From: an uncultured Flavobacteriaceae bacterium | GTDB lineage: Bacteria; Bacteroidota; Bacteroidia; Flavobacteriales; Flavobacteriaceae | DNA length: 50,097 nt | NCBI GenBank assembly: GCA_929200365.1 | Contig: CAKMZM010000002.1 | Span: 1 to 50,097, forward strand | Direction of reading: 5' to 3' | In this document: one piece after another, positions 47,405 to 50,097 of the stretch | How the letters are laid out: each line of letters begins with the position of its first letter | Numbering within the stretch: the stretch's first letter is position 1 | Position numbers and translations under genes: made by a program | Notes under the pieces: model-generated | The model's input: only the letters and a program-made list of their open reading frames with translations | Told to the model about the DNA's origin: nothing | The model's database searches: none

Positions 47405-49792
47405 ATGGGAAACAACCAAGATCAGATACAACAGCTTATAGAAAATCTGGAAATTCTACTGAAAAGACAGCAAGATTTCTCAACTCAAATACAACATCTT
47501 AAAGATGAGATATATAAACTAAAAACAACATCGACCAACCAGCCTGATATAAGAACAGAAAAACCAACTCCTGTTTCACCTACAGTCGAAGTTACAAAAG
47601 AGAGTATCAAAGAACCATCATCTTCGGTTAAGCCAGAGACTATACAACCAGTACTAGTAAAAGAAGAAAAACCTATTATTGCCAAAACCAGTATACCAAA
47701 AAAGAAATCTAACCTTGAAAAATTTATTGGTGAAAACCTAATCAATAAAATAGGCATTGTTATTATTATCATAGGTGTTGCTATTGGAGCAAAGTATACG
47801 ATAGAAAATGACCTAATAGGACCATTAACCAGAATTATACTGGGGTATTTAACAGGATTAGGGCTTTTGGGAATTGGGATGAAATTAAAGAAAAAATATG
47901 AAAACTTTAGTGCCGTACTGGTTAGTGGTGCTATGGCTATTTTATATTTTATTACCTTTTTAGCATACGACTTATACGACCTGATTCCGCAGACTTTAAC
48001 ATTTATACTGATGCTACTATTTACGGCATTTACCGTTTTTGCAGCAATACAATATAATAAGCAAATTATAGCTCATATAGGACTCGTAGGAGCCTATGCG
48101 GTTCCTTTTTTATTAAGTGACGGATCAGGTAGAGTAGTAATTCTGTTAAGTTATATGGCGATTATTAATATTGGGATTCTAATTATTGCCATCAAAAAAT
48201 ACTGGAAACCCCTTTATTTTTCATCTTTTTTGCTTACCTGGATCATTTTTATGTCATGGTATGGCGATAAATACACAATAGAAGAACATTTTACCCTTGG
48301 TTTTATATTTCTTACTGTCTTTTTTACCACATTCTATCTTATGTTTTTGGTATACAAACTTAGAAAAAAAGAAAGCTTTAAAATCATTGATGTAATTCTA
48401 CAATTATCTAATTCATTTACCTTTTATGGTATTGGATTTTCGATGTTAAGCAATTACGAATATGGTAAGAATTTATTAGGTGTATTTACATTGGTAAATG
48501 CAGTGATTCATTTTGCAGTAAGTGTTATTGTGTATAGATTAAAACTGGCTGATCGCAACCTGTTTTATTTTGTATCTGGTATGGTTTTGATTTTTATTAC
48601 GATTGCATTTCCTGTACAACTAGATGGAAATTGGGTTACACTGCTATGGGCAGGAGAAGCAGCATTGTTATTTTGGATTGGGCGAACCAAAAAAGTACCG
48701 ATATACGAAATTCTCTCGTATCCGCTGTGGGTCTTAACTTTTTTTAGCCTTTTGCATGATTGGGTCGTGGCGTACTATAGATATAGCCCAACACTACCAG
48801 AAACCAAGCTAATGCCAGTGTTTAATATTTATTTGATGACATCAATATTATGTATTGCGTCTTTTACATTTATCTATATCACACATCGTAAAGAGAAACT
48901 ATCTTTTCCCTGGCCAAAGCAATCCTGGCTGTATACAATGCTTACCATAGGTCTAGCATTACTATTGGTATGTACTACCTACTTTACATTTTGGATAGAA
49001 ATAGATAGTTATTGGAATCAGGTATATCAGGATATAAATCACCATTACACTTCCCAAAATATAGATAGTACAGAACAGTATGCAGTATTATCAGATACCA
49101 GAAATTTTAGAGCTATTTGGCTTATTAATTATAGTATGTTGTTTCTAATTATTTTGTCTTTTGCAAATATCAAAAAAATTAAAAATAGTATTTTAGGATA
49201 TATCACCCTTAGTTTTATGTTATTTGCTCTTTTTGTGTTTTTAACCAGAGGATTGTACCTGCTAAGCGAGTTTAGAGACAGTTATTTAGAGTTAAAAGGA
49301 ACAGAATTTAGTGTAGCAGCTTTTTCTCATATAGGTATTCGATATATTTCCTTTGTATTTCTGGCAGGTTTATTATTTACTTTTTATAAGTATGTAAGAC
49401 AAAAATTTCTAGATAGAACTTTTAAAATAGCTTTTGAAATTATACTACATTGTACATTAATCTGGATAGTGAGTAGCGAATTAATACATTGGTTAGATTT
49501 GTCGGGGTATACAGAAACATATAAACTTGGATTAAGTATTTTATGGGGTGTTTACGCGTTATTACTAATTGTTTTAGGAATATGGAAGCGAAAGAAATAT
49601 CTACGAATCTTAGCAATTATAGTATTCGGAATTACACTTATAAAGCTATTCTTCTATGATATTTCACATATGGAAACTATTGCTAAAACTATTGTATTCT
49701 TAGCTTTAGGAGTGCTTCTTTTGGTTATTTCATTTTTATACAATAAATACAAACATATTATTGCAGATGAAACAAATAGAGACAAATCTTAA
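47405..49792 (+). CDS. DUF2339 multi-pass membrane protein
   Basis: N-terminal coiled coil, LEKFIGENLINKIG, many TMs, LIKLFFYDIS. Confidence 0.9.
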   Translation: MGNNQDQIQQLIENLEILLKRQQDFSTQIQHLKDEIYKLKTTSTNQPDIRTEKPTPVSPTVEVTKESIKEPSSSVKPETIQPVLVKEEKPIIAKTSIPKKKSNLEKFIGENLINKIGIVIIIIGVAIGAKYTIENDLIGPLTRIILGYLTGLGLLGIGMKLKKKYENFSAVLVSGAMAILYFITFLAYDLYDLIPQTLTFILMLLFTAFTVFAAIQYNKQIIAHIGLVGAYAVPFLLSDGSGRVVILLSYMAIINIGILIIAIKKYWKPLYFSSFLLTWIIFMSWYGDKYTIEEHFTLGFIFLTVFFTTFYLMFLVYKLRKKESFKIIDVILQLSNSFTFYGIGFSMLSNYEYGKNLLGVFTLVNAVIHFAVSVIVYRLKLADRNLFYFVSGMVLIFITIAFPVQLDGNWVTLLWAGEAALLFWIGRTKKVPIYEILSYPLWVLTFFSLLHDWVVAYYRYSPTLPETKLMPVFNIYLMTSILCIASFTFIYITHRKEKLSFPWPKQSWLYTMLTIGLALLLVCTTYFTFWIEIDSYWNQVYQDINHHYTSQNIDSTEQYAVLSDTRNFRAIWLINYSMLFLIILSFANIKKIKNSILGYITLSFMLFALFVFLTRGLYLLSEFRDSYLELKGTEFSVAAFSHIGIRYISFVFLAGLLFTFYKYVRQKFLDRTFKIAFEIILHCTLIWIVSSELIHWLDLSGYTETYKLGLSILWGVYALLLIVLGIWKRKKYLRILAIIVFGITLIKLFFYDISHMETIAKTIVFLALGVLLLVISFLYNKYKHIIADETNRDKS

Positions 49793-49888
49793 AAATTTCT
49801 TTATAAAGGATATGTTTAAAACCTGCAAAGTGAGAATGTCATAATTATATGTGTTCTTAATGCTAGATAATTAAAAAGGTGTAAACTC

Positions 49889-50097
49889 ATGAAAAAGAAA
49901 ATTATAAAATTCCTAGTGCTATTGATTAGCTTTGGAGCGTATGCCCAGATGGACCAATATGCTTATAGAAGTATATTGCCAGAGATAACAGACACCTGGC
50001 ATGCAATTAGTCTACCCGATGAAATATTTAGTAAAGTTTCGACAAATCTATCTGATATTAGAGTTTTTGGGATCACAAACAAGAAAGATACCATAGA
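49889..50097 (+). CDS. DUF3999-like secreted protein (5' part, runs off window)
   Basis: MKKKIIKFLVLLISFGAYAQ...WHAISLPDEIF...LSDIRVFG; typical partner of DUF2339. Confidence 0.7.
   Translation, partial: MKKKIIKFLVLLISFGAYAQMDQYAYRSILPEITDTWHAISLPDEIFSKVSTNLSDIRVFGITNKKDTI

Noticed and set aside
3460-47772. Short ORFs overlapping real genes (e.g. 3460-3795, 7506-7730, 15434-15775, 20146-20523, 23035-23642 set, 40490-40804, 45293-45651, 47485-47772)
   Set aside because: Shadow frames of well-supported CDSs with no motifs
1-50097. tRNA/rRNA genes, prophage or defence systems
   Set aside because: No tRNA/rRNA signatures, phage structural genes or recognisable defence genes seen

Overview
AT-rich (roughly 30% GC by eye) Bacteroidota chromosomal window, very likely a marine Flavobacteriaceae (Aquimarina-like). 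The taxon is inferred from gene order and TAnnTTTG promoter elements. 0-17 kb is mostly core genes (cyclophilin-FKBP PPIase, M14 peptidase, ABC exporter, Leu dehydrogenase, nusB, yajC, pepT, pyrD, LysE), interleaved with MITEs, REPs, a Flavo-1-like structured element and an unexplained GC-rich 21-bp-period array. 17-24 kb is a minus-strand array of surface-lipoprotein genes (collagen-like, Kelch, IPT-NHL). It is probably controlled by a 7TM hybrid two-component/AraC regulator at 29-32 kb. Between them lies a mobile-element graveyard (IS3, IS1182 and group II intron RT fragments, attC-like cassettes carrying a small alarmone hydrolase and a methyltransferase) and a TetR-DsrE-PNPOx operon. 33-43 kb is an apparently iron-regulated extracytosolic flavinylation/redox locus (beta-barrel, FMN-binding protein, thioredoxin, ApbE, DUF4266, DUF3570). 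It encloses a ferritin, an unannotated ~47-aa protein with an exact FhuF-type [2Fe-2S] motif, and a voltage-gated channel with a TLEDWTD filter. The window ends with Ada/Ogt, YciI-ECF42 sigma and DUF2339-DUF3999. All family assignments come from motif recognition by eye; no searches were run.
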